Source of the DNA: Ereboglobus luteus
GTDB taxonomy: Bacteria > Verrucomicrobiota > Verrucomicrobiia > Opitutales > Opitutaceae
Assembly: GCF_003096195.1 (NCBI RefSeq)
Contig: NZ_CP023004.1
Location: 37,299 to 101,298, forward strand
Length of the DNA stretch: 64,000 bases
Direction of reading: 5' to 3'
The notes beneath the pieces are model-generated. The model made no database searches and was not told where the DNA came from. It saw only the letters and a program-made list of their open reading frames with translations. Every line of letters starts with the position of its first letter. The first letter of the stretch is position 1. The translations under genes and the position numbers were made by a program. Positions 39,014 through 49,290 of the stretch are shown here, piece by piece.

Positions 39014-39900
39014 GCGAAATCCCGGGCCCAATCGACGACTACTGGCAAACACTCCCCCTCGGGCGCGGCGTGGCCGTCATCACCCGCGATCCCAACGGCC
39101 TCGTCGCCCTCAACAAACCCGCGGGCACCCTCTCCCACCCCAACGAATCCCGCGACCAGCCCCGTTCGCTCCTCAACGCCCCCTATGAACCCGACGGCGA
39201 ATATTATATGTGGAATGCGGAATGCGGAATGCGGATTTCGGAATTGCAAACCGACAAAACTGATCATGCCACTCGCCCGCCGCCTGCGTCCGATCATTCC
39301 GCATTCCAAAATCCGCATTCCACATTCAAAGAGGAATCCCGCCGACTCTGGCTGCTCAACCGCCTTGATTCCGCCACCTCCGGCGTGATCCTTGCCGCGA
39401 CCACGGAAGAACTCGCGCGCGAAATCCGCGCGCTCTTTCGCGAACGCCACATCAGCAAAACCTACGCCGCGCTCGTCTTCGGCAGCCCCTCCGAAAAAAC
39501 GCAACTCTGGCGCGACCGGCTCGCCGTGCAAAAACGCGGAGGCCAAATCCGCGCCGCCGCCCGGGCCGGAAACATCCCCGCCGAGGCGCGCATGAGCCTT
39601 CTGCGCACCAGCCGCAACACCCCCGCCGCAGCAGGCGCACCCATTTCGCTCATCCAGCTCGAACCCAAGACCGGACGCAGCCACCAGCTCCGGGTGCAAT
39701 GCGCCAGGCGCCGTCTTCCCATCATCGGCGACGCCACTTACGGCGATTTTCGAGCCAACCGCGACTTCGCCAAACGCACACGCGAAAAACGCCTATTTCT
39801 CCATTCGCTCGAAACCCGCTTCGACTACACCCACGCCGGACGCGCGTTCACCTTCGCCGCCAAGGCTGACCTCCCTGGGGCGTTCACCGCGCATCTTTGA
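39010..39900 (+). CDS. RluA-family pseudouridine synthase (GTG start overlapping the upstream stop, GTGA) carrying an in-frame palindromic-element insertion (39207-39333).
   Basis: LNKPAGTLSHP..RLDSATSGVILAA..catalytic Asp in LNRLD; PsiRSP-like C-terminus. Inserted ~42 aa (YYMWNAECGMRISELQTDKTD..HSTFKEES) lies in the loop before the HRLD motif. Confidence 0.8.
   Translation: MSEIPGPIDDYWQTLPLGRGVAVITRDPNGLVALNKPAGTLSHPNESRDQPRSLLNAPYEPDGEYYMWNAECGMRISELQTDKTDHATRPPPASDHSAFQNPHSTFKEESRRLWLLNRLDSATSGVILAATTEELAREIRALFRERHISKTYAALVFGSPSEKTQLWRDRLAVQKRGGQIRAAARAGNIPAEARMSLLRTSRNTPAAAGAPISLIQLEPKTGRSHQLRVQCARRRLPIIGDATYGDFRANRDFAKRTREKRLFLHSLETRFDYTHAGRAFTFAAKADLPGAFTAHL
39207..39333. repeat. Palindromic element (GGAATGC heptad arms; core ..CACTCGCCCGCCGCCTGCGTCCGATC) inserted in-frame in the RluA-family gene.
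   Basis: TGGAATGCGGAATGCGGAATGCGGATTTCGGAATTGCAAA ... ATTCCGCATTCCAAAATCCGCATTCCACATTCAAAG; the core shares CGCCTGCGTCCGAT with element 2944-3057. Confidence 0.7.
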
Positions 39901-39908
39901 CGGATTTT

Positions 39909-39935
39909 GCGCCGGCAATGAGCGGCGTTTTTTTC
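39909..39935 (+). terminator. Rho-independent terminator after the rluA-family gene, preceding the rpmI promoter region.
   Basis: GCGCCG-GCAATGA-CGGCG followed by TTTTTTT. Confidence 0.65.
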
Positions 39936-40000
39936 ATTCGGGAAGTTTTCCCTTTACACGCGCTTGAGCAGCCTATTTTTTGAACGGCTCTACTGTAATC

Positions 40001-40192
40001 ATGCAAAAGACAAAAAAGTCCGTTGCCAAACGATTCAAGGTGTCCGCCAAGGGCAAATTGATCTATCGTTCGCCAGGCACTCGCCACATCGCGAGCACCA
40101 AGTCCTCCAAGCAGAAACGCCGCTTGGGCAAGGCCAAGGCTCTCTCCGAGACCCACACGCCTCCGCTCCTGCGTTGCCTGCCCCACGCCTAA
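40001..40192 (+). CDS. rpmI: 50S ribosomal protein L35.
   Basis: MQKTKKSVAKRFKVSAKGKLIYRSPGTRH. Confidence 0.85.
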   Translation: MQKTKKSVAKRFKVSAKGKLIYRSPGTRHIASTKSSKQKRRLGKAKALSETHTPPLLRCLPHA

Positions 40193-40294
40193 ACCGCCGA
40201 GGGACCGCGCGAACGATCAAACCATAACCACGCCAACCGGGTGAATCCCAACGAGACGACCCGGCGGCGACTAAAAAAATACACATAATATAAC

Positions 40295-40681
40295 ATGGCT
40301 CGTGTCAAAAACTCCCCCGCGTCGCGCAAGCGCCGCAAGAACATGCTGAAGCATGCCAAAGGCTACTTCGGCAACAAATCGAAGCTCTATCGCTACGCGA
40401 AAGAAGCCGTCCATCACGCCTGGCAATACGCCTACCGTGACCGCCGCAAAAAGAAGGCCGAGTTCCGCGCCCTCTGGATCGTGCGCATCAGCGCCGCCTG
40501 CCGCGAGGCCGGCATCAGCTACAACCGCTTCATCGAAGGTCTCAACGCCGCCGGCGTCGCCCTCGATCGCAAGGTCCTCTCCGACCTCGCAATCCGCGAC
40601 GAAGCGGCCTTTACCGCCCTGGTCAAACAAGCCCAGGACGCGTTGAAGAAAAAAGCCGAGGCCAAAAAGGCCGCGGCCTAA
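40295..40681 (+). CDS. rplT: 50S ribosomal protein L20.
   Basis: MARVKNSPASRKRRKNMLKHAKGYFG..YRDRRKKK. Confidence 0.95.
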   Translation: MARVKNSPASRKRRKNMLKHAKGYFGNKSKLYRYAKEAVHHAWQYAYRDRRKKKAEFRALWIVRISAACREAGISYNRFIEGLNAAGVALDRKVLSDLAIRDEAAFTALVKQAQDALKKKAEAKKAAA

Positions 40682-40733
40682 AAGCTTAAACGCGAGCCCG
40701 GACGCGGCTCGCCTCTCATTTTCAGAAATCATC

Positions 40734-40779
40734 AGAGGACGGGCCTCGTTCGAGCGAGGTGCCGTCCTCTTTGCTTTTG
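40734..40779 (+). terminator. Rho-independent terminator after rplT, immediately upstream of the inserted GxxExxY cassette.
   Basis: AGAGGACGG..CCGTCCTCT followed by TTGCTTTTG. Confidence 0.75.
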
Positions 40780-40792
40780 AAACATTCCTCTT

Positions 40793-41229
40793 GGGACAGA
40801 ATGAACAAAATTAAAAAAATGGGAGAGACTCCAAGCTACGATTTGGCCGGCCAAATCATAGGGCTCGCCATGAAAGTTCATTCAACGCTCGGCGGCGGAT
40901 TTCTCGAATCTGTTTATCAAAACGCGCTCGCCTTTGAACTGACTCGAGCAGGCATGGCTTTCCAAACAAGCGTCCCCCTCAAGGTGAAATACGAAGGCGC
41001 AATTGTCGGTGAGTTCGAAGCCGACATGCTCATCGCCAATACGCTCATTATCGAAAACAAAGCCGTCCAAACCCTCGCCGTCGCCCATGAGGTTCAACTT
41101 GTCAATTATCTTACCGCCACCGGCATCAACGAAGGACTTCTTCTCAATTTCGGCGCGGAAAAACTCCAGTTCAAAAAGAAATTCCGCACATACCGGGCCG
41201 CCGGCCCCAATTGATCTTCATTCTGTTCC
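40793..41229 (+). mobile_element. GxxExxY gene cassette bounded by 12-bp inverted repeats (GGGACAGAATGA ... TCATTCTGTTCC, 11/12 match), inserted between rplT and pheS.
   Basis: The IR-L includes the gene's ATG; it lies downstream of the rplT terminator and upstream of the pheS start. Confidence 0.4.
40801..41214 (+). CDS. GxxExxY family protein (PD-(D/E)XK superfamily) inserted between rplT and pheS.
   Basis: GGGFLESVYQNAL (GxxExxY), E..D..K core ..EFEADMLIANTLIIENK; homologous to the 53343-53726 gene. Confidence 0.75.
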   Translation: MNKIKKMGETPSYDLAGQIIGLAMKVHSTLGGGFLESVYQNALAFELTRAGMAFQTSVPLKVKYEGAIVGEFEADMLIANTLIIENKAVQTLAVAHEVQLVNYLTATGINEGLLLNFGAEKLQFKKKFRTYRAAGPN

Positions 41230-41271
41230 ATTCCGTTAATTCTGTCTAAAAACACTTCCCAAAATTTCCAC

Positions 41272-42315
41272 ATGCAAGACCAACTCAAAGCCCTGCTCGA
41301 CAAAGCCCGCACCGAACTCTCCGCGACAAAGATCCGCGCCGACTTCGAGGCCGCGAAAGCCCGTTACGTCGGCCCCAACGGCTCGCTCACCGCGTTCATG
41401 AAACAAATGGGCAGCCTGCCCAAGGAGCAAAAACCCATCGTCGGCAAGCTCATCAACGAGGCCAAGACCACCCTCACCGGCCTCCTCGAAAACGCGCTCC
41501 GCGCCATCGAGTCCAACGAGCTCGCCGCGCAACTCGGCCCCGAAATCGACCCCACCCTCCCCTCGCCCGACGCCCTCGCCGGCACCTATCATCCCCTCAC
41601 GCTCGTGCGCGAGGAAATGTGCCGCATCCTCGCAAAGGCCGGGTTCAACGTCGTCGAGGGTCCCGAGGTCGAAACCGAATTCTACTGCTTCGACGCGCTC
41701 AACACACCCGCCGACCATCCGGCCCGCAACGAGCAGGACACGTTCTATTTCCCCGCCGCCACGCGCTTCGGCAACGTCTCGCGCAAGGTCGCCGACGAAA
41801 AATACCTCCTCCGCACGCACACCTCCTCCGTGCAAATCCGCACGATGCTCAAGGGCCCGCCGCCCATCCGCATCGTCTCGCCCGGGCGCGTTTACCGTCG
41901 CGACACCACCGACGCCACGCACTCCGCCAACTTTCACCAACTCGAGTGCCTCTACGTCGACAAAAACGTCACCGTTCGCGACCTCAAGGCGCTCCTCGAT
42001 TACATCTTCGCCTCGCTCCTCGGCAAGGACACCAAGACCCGTTTCCGCCCGCACTATTTCGGCTACACCGAGCCCAGTTTCGAAGTCGATCTCAGCGCAA
42101 GGCACCTCCCCAAGGTGAACAAGGAATGGATCGAAATCGGCGGCTGCGGCATGGTCGATCCGACCGTCTTCGACGCCGTCGGCTACGACTCAAGCGTCTG
42201 GACCGGCTACGCCTTCGGCATGGGCCTCGAACGCCTCGCCATGCTCCTCTACGGCATCGACGACATCCGCTACTTCTACCAAAACGACCTGCGCTTCCTC
42301 AGGCAATTCGCCTGA
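41272..42315 (+). CDS. pheS: Phenylalanine--tRNA ligase alpha subunit.
   Basis: Class II aaRS motifs (FNVVEGPEVE..FDALN, RTHTSSVQIR, GMGLERLAML). Confidence 0.95.
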   Translation: MQDQLKALLDKARTELSATKIRADFEAAKARYVGPNGSLTAFMKQMGSLPKEQKPIVGKLINEAKTTLTGLLENALRAIESNELAAQLGPEIDPTLPSPDALAGTYHPLTLVREEMCRILAKAGFNVVEGPEVETEFYCFDALNTPADHPARNEQDTFYFPAATRFGNVSRKVADEKYLLRTHTSSVQIRTMLKGPPPIRIVSPGRVYRRDTTDATHSANFHQLECLYVDKNVTVRDLKALLDYIFASLLGKDTKTRFRPHYFGYTEPSFEVDLSARHLPKVNKEWIEIGGCGMVDPTVFDAVGYDSSVWTGYAFGMGLERLAMLLYGIDDIRYFYQNDLRFLRQFA

Positions 42316-42320
42316 CGGAA

Positions 42321-42497
42321 AGCAGTGAGCGGCGGGTAGCGAGTAGTGAGTAGAAAAAATCACCGCTCGCCCCGCTCGCAACCAACCTTAAAAATTTTCA
42401 CAACCATCACACCATCCTCCCACCACCATGCGGGCGCAGCCCGCCACTGACATCCTACTCGCTACCCGCTACTCACTACTCGCTACTTTTTCTTCCT
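42321..42497. repeat. Palindromic element (AGTGAGC/AGCGAGT/AGTGAGT heptad arms) filling the pheS-pheT intergenic region; the right arm ends 3 nt before the pheT ATG.
   Basis: GCAGTGAGCGGCGGGTAGCGAGTAGTGAGTAGAAAAAA ... CTACTCGCTACCCGCTACTCACTACTCGCTACTTTTTCTTCC. Confidence 0.65.
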
Positions 42498-42500
42498 CCC

Positions 42501-44996
42501 ATGAAAATCTCCCTCTCCTGGCTCAACGACTACGTCGATCTCTCCGGCATCGCCACCGACGAAATCTCCCGCGCCATCACCTTTCTCGGCCTTGAAGTCG
42601 AGGAGGTCATCAACACCGGCGCGCCCCAGTTCAACAACGTCGTTGTCGGGCGCATCCTCACACGCGACAAACACCCCAACGCCGACAAGCTCTCCCTCTG
42701 CACCGTCGATGTCGGCCCCGCCGGCGGCGTGAAGACAATCGTCTGCGGCGCGCCCAACTGCGACGCGGGCAACCTCGTTCCCGTCGCGCTCCCCGGCGCC
42801 ATCCTCCCCGGCAATTTCGAAATCAAACAATCCAAAATCCGCGGCCAGTCCTCCGACGGCATGATGTGCTCGTCCAAGGAACTCGCGCTCGAGGGCGGCG
42901 ACCACGCCGGCCTCATGATCCTCGCCACCCCCGCGACGGAAACCCCGCCCGCCCTCGGCACTCCCATCAACGACATTCTTCCCCCGGGCGACATCGTTTT
43001 CGACATCGAAGTCACACCCAACCGCCCCGACTGCCTCAGCCACATCGGCATCGCGCGCGAACTCTCCGCGTGGTTCAAAAAACCGCTCCGGTATCCGGAA
43101 ATCAAATACGATCCGCGCAACACACGCGCCCCCTTTGCCGCCTTCGCCGCGCGCCCCGACCTGCTCGAATCCATCCGCGTCGACGCGCCCGAGATGTGCC
43201 CGCTCTACACCGCCACCGTCATCACCGGCATCAAGATCGGCCCCAGCCCCGAGTGGATGCAACGCCGTCTCCTCGCCGCGGGCATGCGCCCGATCAGCAA
43301 CATCGTCGACATCTCCAATTACGTGATGCTCGAATACGGCCAGCCCACGCACGCCTTCGACGCGAAAAAAATCGGCGGGCACAAACTCATCATCCGCCCG
43401 GCCAACGAGGGTGAAAAAATCATCACCCTCGACGAAAAGGAGCGCGCGCTCAGCAGTCGCATGCTCGTCATCGCCGACGCCGAGAAACCGCTCGTCATCG
43501 CCGGTGTCATGGGCGGCGAAAACTCGGGCATCGACGACACCACGACCGACATCATTCTCGAGGCCGCCAGTTTCGCGCGCAGCCTCATCCGCTGGACATC
43601 GCGCCGCCTCGGACTCTCCTCCGACTCATCCTACCGTTACGAACGCGGCGTCGATCCGCACATGCTCGACGAAGCCACGCGCCGCGCCATCTCGCTCATC
43701 CTTGAGCTCTGCGGCGGGCAAGTCGCCGGCGCCACGCACAAGGCCGGGGGCGACGTCCCCTGGCAACGCGAGGTTCAAGTCACCGCGTCCTTTGTGAACG
43801 AACGCGTCGGCTTCGAAATCCCCGTCGCCGAGCAACGCGCCGCGCTCGAGGCGCTCGAGCTTCGAATCACACGCGAGGATAAAAACGCCCCCGGCGGCCC
43901 CGCATGGACGGTTGCCATCCCGAGCTGGCGCAACGACCTCGACCGTCCCATCGACCTCGTCGAGGACGTCCTTCGTGTTTACGGCACGGAAAAAATCCCC
44001 CCCGCGCCCGTGCTCGCGCCGACGATCATCGGCAACGACGCCCCCATCGTGCTCTTCAACCGCGAAGTTTCCGCATACCTTGTCGGCCAGGGTTTCAACG
44101 AATGCGTGAACTACACGCTGCGCTCCAAGCGCGAAGTCGAGACGTGGGTTTCACAAGCCGCCGGGGCCGAGCTTGCGCTCCTTAATCCCTTCACCGAGGA
44201 CCAGTCGCACCTTCGCCCCACCCTCGTGCTCGGACTCCTCGAAACGCTCAAACTCAACCAATCGCGTGGCGTGCCGACGGCGCGCCTCTTTGAAACCGGG
44301 CGTGTCTTCATCGAGCGCGACGGACAAAACTTCGAGTGTGTTTCGGTCGCCTTCATCATTGCCGAAAACGACCTCGACCGCGCCTGGCTCAAGCGCGAGC
44401 CCGCCGACTTCTACACGACAAAACGCCTCGTCGAAACCCTCGCCGGCATCGGCGGCATCGACATTGCCCGCCAGCCCGTGAAAGCGCCCGGCGGTTCGTT
44501 CTTCGGATGGCAGGAAGGCCAGTCCGCCATCATCGGCGACATCGCCCACGGCTGGACCGCGCGCCTCGGCCTGATCAACCTCGCCATGGTTCGCAGCCTC
44601 GGCATCGAGGGCAAGGTCTACGGCGGCACGCTCTCGATTCTCTCCGAGCGCGTCAAAACCGTCTCCGACCGCCGCCGCTATCAACCCATCACGATGCACC
44701 CCGCCGCGCTCCGCGACATCGCGCTCGTGGTCGATGAAAAGCTCCCCGCCGGCGACGCGCAAAAAACACTGGCCAAGCACGCCCGCGCCACGCTGCCGAA
44801 AACCTTTGCGCTCGAAGCCGCGAACATCTTCGACGTCTACCAAGGCAAGGGCCTGCCCGAGGGCAAAAAAAGCCTCGCGTTCAGCCTCGTCTATCGCGCC
44901 CCCGACCGCACCCTCACCGACGACGAAGTCAACACCGCCTTCGCCAAGCTTCAGGAAATCCTCGCCAAGGAAACCGACTGGCAGATCAGAAAGTAG
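42501..44996 (+). CDS. pheT: Phenylalanine--tRNA ligase beta subunit.
   Basis: MKISLSWLNDYVDL; tRNA-binding, B3/4, B5, FDX-ACB domains; 831 aa. Confidence 0.95.
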   Translation: MKISLSWLNDYVDLSGIATDEISRAITFLGLEVEEVINTGAPQFNNVVVGRILTRDKHPNADKLSLCTVDVGPAGGVKTIVCGAPNCDAGNLVPVALPGAILPGNFEIKQSKIRGQSSDGMMCSSKELALEGGDHAGLMILATPATETPPALGTPINDILPPGDIVFDIEVTPNRPDCLSHIGIARELSAWFKKPLRYPEIKYDPRNTRAPFAAFAARPDLLESIRVDAPEMCPLYTATVITGIKIGPSPEWMQRRLLAAGMRPISNIVDISNYVMLEYGQPTHAFDAKKIGGHKLIIRPANEGEKIITLDEKERALSSRMLVIADAEKPLVIAGVMGGENSGIDDTTTDIILEAASFARSLIRWTSRRLGLSSDSSYRYERGVDPHMLDEATRRAISLILELCGGQVAGATHKAGGDVPWQREVQVTASFVNERVGFEIPVAEQRAALEALELRITREDKNAPGGPAWTVAIPSWRNDLDRPIDLVEDVLRVYGTEKIPPAPVLAPTIIGNDAPIVLFNREVSAYLVGQGFNECVNYTLRSKREVETWVSQAAGAELALLNPFTEDQSHLRPTLVLGLLETLKLNQSRGVPTARLFETGRVFIERDGQNFECVSVAFIIAENDLDRAWLKREPADFYTTKRLVETLAGIGGIDIARQPVKAPGGSFFGWQEGQSAIIGDIAHGWTARLGLINLAMVRSLGIEGKVYGGTLSILSERVKTVSDRRRYQPITMHPAALRDIALVVDEKLPAGDAQKTLAKHARATLPKTFALEAANIFDVYQGKGLPEGKKSLAFSLVYRAPDRTLTDDEVNTAFAKLQEILAKETDWQIRK

Positions 44997-45308
44997 CAAA
45001 TCGGCCCGGCAAACGCACAGGATTGCCTCATGGGGCAATCACCAGTCCAATCCAGCCACAAAGCGTGTTCTTCGGAAGGCGCCAATAGGTGGGACGGTTG
45101 GCGGGCTTTCGCTCGAAATAACAAAACGCCGTGCGATAGGCATCGCGCGAAGTGTTTTGGTGTTCAAATCAAATAAACCGCATTCCTTGCGCCTTCCACG
45201 CCTCGTTGCGACGGTGCGTTGCGCAAAGACCAATCCGAGGTTTGGTTGCCCTCGCTTTCTTGAGCGGGAATCCTTTCGTTGCGCTCACCCCCAACCGCCC
45301 GTTATTCA

Positions 45309-46199
45309 ATGATCACCATGCTTTCATCCAAAACCATTCCGTTTCTTGTTTTCATTTCGTGCTGCCTGCCCCCGCTTTGCGCCGCCTCGGGGACATTTGC
45401 CCTTTCGCCGCCCGCGGGGGAAAATTATGTGACCTGCGAGGGCGTTTATCCCGGCCATTTGCAGGGGATCACGACAAATGGCGCGGATGCCATTTATTGG
45501 TCGTTCACCACCGCGCTGGTCAAAACCACCCCCGCCGGAAAGGTTCTCAAAAAAATCAACGTGATCAACCATCACGGCGACCTGACTTTCGCGAACGGCA
45601 AGGTTTATGTGGCGGTGAACGATTACGTCAGCGAGAAGCCGGGGCAGTTTAACCATCCCAACCCAAACAATCCCGCGAGACAGTGGGTTTACGAATACGA
45701 CGCCGGCCTCAATTTTCTAGCCCGCCATTCGGTTCCGCAGGTTATCCACGGCGCGGGCGGTGTGGCGCATCACAAGGGGCATTTTTGGGTGGTCGGCGGA
45801 CTGCCCGGTCCGTGGGCTGGCGGTTTCGATCCCGAGAAATACAACAAAAACCACCTCTATGAATATGATGCCGCGTTTCGGTTCGTGAGGGTTCACGAGC
45901 TGGCCACGGGCAACACCGACATGGGCATTCAGACAGTGGAGTTCGGCGGCGGCAGATGGTGGTTTGGCACCTATGAGGGCTCGCCCCGGCGTCCGGTCGG
46001 CGGTAAAGGCACGCCGGGCTGGCGGCACCAAGTTTTCTCGACCGGCGAAAACCTCGCCGCATTTGTGCGCTTCGGCTTCCATGCGAAAAAGCCCGAGGGT
46101 ATCTATCCGAATGCCTCGTTGGGAATCGCCGCGCTGCCCGGCGGCCAGTTTTTAATCGGAGGCGGAAGCGGCAAAAAGAATGAACGCCGAGGCCACTGA
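45309..46199 (+). CDS. Hypothetical secreted protein (lower-GC region).
   Basis: Signal peptide MITMLSSKTIPFLVFISCCLPPLCAAS; no recognisable motif. Confidence 0.45.
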   Translation: MITMLSSKTIPFLVFISCCLPPLCAASGTFALSPPAGENYVTCEGVYPGHLQGITTNGADAIYWSFTTALVKTTPAGKVLKKINVINHHGDLTFANGKVYVAVNDYVSEKPGQFNHPNPNNPARQWVYEYDAGLNFLARHSVPQVIHGAGGVAHHKGHFWVVGGLPGPWAGGFDPEKYNKNHLYEYDAAFRFVRVHELATGNTDMGIQTVEFGGGRWWFGTYEGSPRRPVGGKGTPGWRHQVFSTGENLAAFVRFGFHAKKPEGIYPNASLGIAALPGGQFLIGGGSGKKNERRGH

Positions 46200-46270
46200 T
46201 GATGGACGGTTGAAGGTGCTTGATAGGGTTCCTGTGAAATGAAGGAGAAAACAACAAACTAATCCTGATC

Positions 46271-46453
46271 ATGAAAATATTATATACTGTCTTGCTGTTC
46301 ATATTTGGTGCGGTGCCAATGATGCGGGCGGACTGGAGTTTATTGAGGAATGACGACGGACAGATTGTGGAGGTCGCAATCGACTTCACTATTGAGAAGA
46401 AAACAGAAACCTCGGACGGTGGCATTTCGTTAGTAGTGAGTTCCGAAAAATGA
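46271..46453 (+). CDS. Small hypothetical protein with signal peptide (AT-rich islet).
   Basis: ORF only; MKILYTVLLFIFGAVPMMRA signal-like N-terminus. Confidence 0.2.
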   Translation: MKILYTVLLFIFGAVPMMRADWSLLRNDDGQIVEVAIDFTIEKKTETSDGGISLVVSSEK

Positions 46454-46610
46454 AGGTCAAACCTACGGGTTTTCCGCGGAGATTTTAAAACCCCGTGACT
46501 CCGAAACCTTAGCGAAAAGAAAGAGGGATCGTCGGCCCATTACGAGAAGCAGCATAATTATCACATCCACGGGCGAATCTACAAAATCCCTCGAAAAGAA
46601 ACTCAATCAC

Positions 46611-46901
46611 TTGCTTAACATGCAGGATGATTCCGAAGCGCCGACTCGCGTTGCAGGTTTGTATTCTGCGGTATCGCCTGCGGCGTCTTTTTCAACACCC
46701 TCGCTCTTTGATGCCGTGGATATCGGAATTGTTTTCGATCATGAGGGGAAACAGGTGAACGCCCGCGGTTTTCACATTAAAATATTCATGGATATTCCCA
46801 TGAATCGCTTTACTGTGTATTTTTCAGAACGAGGAGGCATAGGAGGAACTTCCGAGGCCACACGAACACGGATGAAGAAATACCCGAATAAGAAGTCATA
46901 A
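46611..46901 (+). CDS. Hypothetical protein (AT-rich islet).
   Basis: ORF only. Confidence 0.2.
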   Translation: MLNMQDDSEAPTRVAGLYSAVSPAASFSTPSLFDAVDIGIVFDHEGKQVNARGFHIKIFMDIPMNRFTVYFSERGGIGGTSEATRTRMKKYPNKKS

Positions 46902-47008
46902 CCAAAGCGAGCAAACGATAGTCCAGCAAAGTGGTCTTGGCAAACCCGACGGCGCACTCGTGGCGTCAGCCTCGCTGATCAAACAGGCAAACTTGGCAGT
47001 CCGCGCTA

Positions 47009-47030
47009 CAAAAAAACGGCGTCCGTTTTA
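47009..47030 (-). terminator. Terminator after pnp (minus strand; symmetric A7-ACGG-CGT-CCGT-T4, so potentially bidirectional).
   Basis: Minus strand reads AAAACGGACGCCGTTTTTTT. Confidence 0.55.
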
Positions 47031-47076
47031 TGGGACACCGTTGAGTGTTTGTGAATGTTGATGACCTTTCCGCTGC

Positions 47077-49290
47077 TTAGCTGGCCGGGGTTTCCGGAGC
47101 GGCGGGAGGAGGCGTGTCGGCGGCGGGTGCGGCTTCGCCGTTGGCGGCTTGCTGCTGGGTTTCCATTTCCTTCATCGCGGCTTTGCGCGAGAGGCGGACT
47201 TTGCCGGAGCGCTCGTCGATGCCGATGCACTTGACCCACATTTCGTCACCGACTTTGCAGACGTCCTCGGTGCGGCGCACGCGGAAATCAGCGAGTTCGC
47301 TGATGTGCACGAGGCCTTCCTTGCCGGGGATGCATTCGACAAAGGCGCCGAATTCTTTCGTGCCTTTCACGACGCCGCGGTAGAGCTTGCCGACTTCGAT
47401 TTGCGCGCCACCGCCGCAGAGGATGTCGATTTCCTGGATGGCGCGGGCCATCGAGTCGGCGTTGTTCGAGTAGATGAAGACCTTGCCGGAGTCGTCCTCG
47501 GCGATGTCGATTTGCGCGCCGGTGGTCTCGACGATGCGACGGATGGTCTTGCCGCCCGGGCCGATGAGGAGGCCGATGTTGTCCGGATCGATCTGGATGG
47601 TCTGGATGCGCGGCGCGTAGGTGCTGAGCTGGGCGCGGGGCGCGGGGATCGAGGCGAGCATGACTTTCAGGATTTCAATGCGCGCGTCGCGGGCCTGATA
47701 GATGGCTTTCTTGGCGATCTCGAAGGGGAGGCCGTTGATCTTGAGGTCGAGCTGGAAGCCGGTGATGCCGGTGGTGGTGCCGGCGAGCTTGAAGTCCATG
47801 TCGCCGAAGTGATCTTCCTCGCCGAGGATGTCGGTGACGGTGACCCATTTGGAGATCGAGCCGTCATCGGCGTTCTCGGTCATGAGGCCGCAGGAGATGC
47901 CGGCGACGGGCGCGATGATGGGCACGCCGGCGTCCATGAGCGAGAGGCAGCCGCCGCAGATGGAGGCCATCGAGGTGGAGCCGTTGGAGGCCATGATGTC
48001 GGAGACGACGCGGATCGAATACGGGAAGACGTCCTCGGGCGGGAGCACGGGAACGAGGGAGCGCTCGGCGAGCGCGCCGTGGCCGACTTCGCGGCGGCCG
48101 GGGCTGCCGAAGCGGCCGGTTTCGCCGACGGAATACGGCGGGAAGTTGTAGTGGAGGATGAACGATTTCGACTTGGCGCCGCCGGTGAGGGCGTCGAGGT
48201 CCTGGGCTTCCTTGGTGGGGCCGAGGGTGGTGGTGACGATGGTCTGGGTGTCGCCGCGCTTGAACATGGCGGAGCCGTGCACGCGGGGGAGGATGCCGGC
48301 CTCGGCGGCGATGGGGCGCAGCGAGGTCGAGTCGCGTCCGTCGGCGCGGGTGCCGCGTTCGAGAACGGCCTTGCGGTAGGCGCTGTATTGGAGGTCTTCG
48401 AAGACGATGCCGATGTCGTGGTCCGCGAAATTGCCTTCGCCGAGCTCGGCGGTGAGGGCGGCTTTGCACTCCTCCTTGAGGGCGGCGACGTTGGCGGAGC
48501 GAACTTGTTTTTCCTTGCCGAAGATGGCGTCAACGATCTTGGGGGCGGCGATGCGCTCGACGATGGCGCGGGCCTCGGGCTTGGCGGAGACGAGCGGGTA
48601 TTCGCGCTTGGGTTTGCCGGCGATGGAGACGAGCTGCTTGATTCCGGCGATGATGGGCTGGATGGCCTTGTGCGCAAATTCGAGCGCCTCGATGAAGCGG
48701 TCCTCGGGGAGCTGCGCGGCGGAGCCCTCGATCATGAGCATGTCTTTTTCGGTGCCGACGTAGATGAGGTCGAGGTCGGACGAATACATTTGCTCGATGG
48801 TGGGGTTGGCGACGAACTGGCCGTCGATCTGGCCGACGCGCACGGCGCCGATGGGGCCGGACCAGGGAATGTCGGAGATGGCGAGCGCGGCGCTGGCGCC
48901 GTTGACCATGGAGATGTCGGCGTCGTTGATTTGGTCGGCGGAGAGGAGCAGGCCGATGACCTGCACTTCATTGAGGAAGCCGGCGGGAAAGAGCGGACGG
49001 CAGGGGCGGTCGCAAAGGCGCGAGGTGAGGATTTCCTTTTCGGAGGGGCGGCCTTCGCGCTTGAAATAACCCCCGGGGAAACGTCCTGCGGCGGAATATT
49101 TTTCGCGGTAATCGACTGTGAGCGGGAAGAAGTCCTGGCCGGGCTTGATGTTTTCGGCGGCGGTGGCGGCGACGAAGAGCGTGGTTTCGCCGACTTGGAC
49201 GGTGACCGCGCCGTTGGCGAGGTGCGCGAGCGAGCCGGTGCCAAAGGTGATGCCGAGCTCGGGGACTGTGACTGTGTGTTTTTGATTCAT
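47077..49290 (-). CDS. pnp: Polyribonucleotide nucleotidyltransferase (PNPase); start at MNQKHTVTV (the upstream part of the ORF is element sequence).
   Basis: Two RNase PH domains, KH, S1 ([11 protein letters not shown]), 737 aa. Confidence 0.95.
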   Translation of the reverse strand: MNQKHTVTVPELGITFGTGSLAHLANGAVTVQVGETTLFVAATAAENIKPGQDFFPLTVDYREKYSAAGRFPGGYFKREGRPSEKEILTSRLCDRPCRPLFPAGFLNEVQVIGLLLSADQINDADISMVNGASAALAISDIPWSGPIGAVRVGQIDGQFVANPTIEQMYSSDLDLIYVGTEKDMLMIEGSAAQLPEDRFIEALEFAHKAIQPIIAGIKQLVSIAGKPKREYPLVSAKPEARAIVERIAAPKIVDAIFGKEKQVRSANVAALKEECKAALTAELGEGNFADHDIGIVFEDLQYSAYRKAVLERGTRADGRDSTSLRPIAAEAGILPRVHGSAMFKRGDTQTIVTTTLGPTKEAQDLDALTGGAKSKSFILHYNFPPYSVGETGRFGSPGRREVGHGALAERSLVPVLPPEDVFPYSIRVVSDIMASNGSTSMASICGGCLSLMDAGVPIIAPVAGISCGLMTENADDGSISKWVTVTDILGEEDHFGDMDFKLAGTTTGITGFQLDLKINGLPFEIAKKAIYQARDARIEILKVMLASIPAPRAQLSTYAPRIQTIQIDPDNIGLLIGPGGKTIRRIVETTGAQIDIAEDDSGKVFIYSNNADSMARAIQEIDILCGGGAQIEVGKLYRGVVKGTKEFGAFVECIPGKEGLVHISELADFRVRRTEDVCKVGDEMWVKCIGIDERSGKVRLSRKAAMKEMETQQQAANGEAAPAADTPPPAAPETPAS

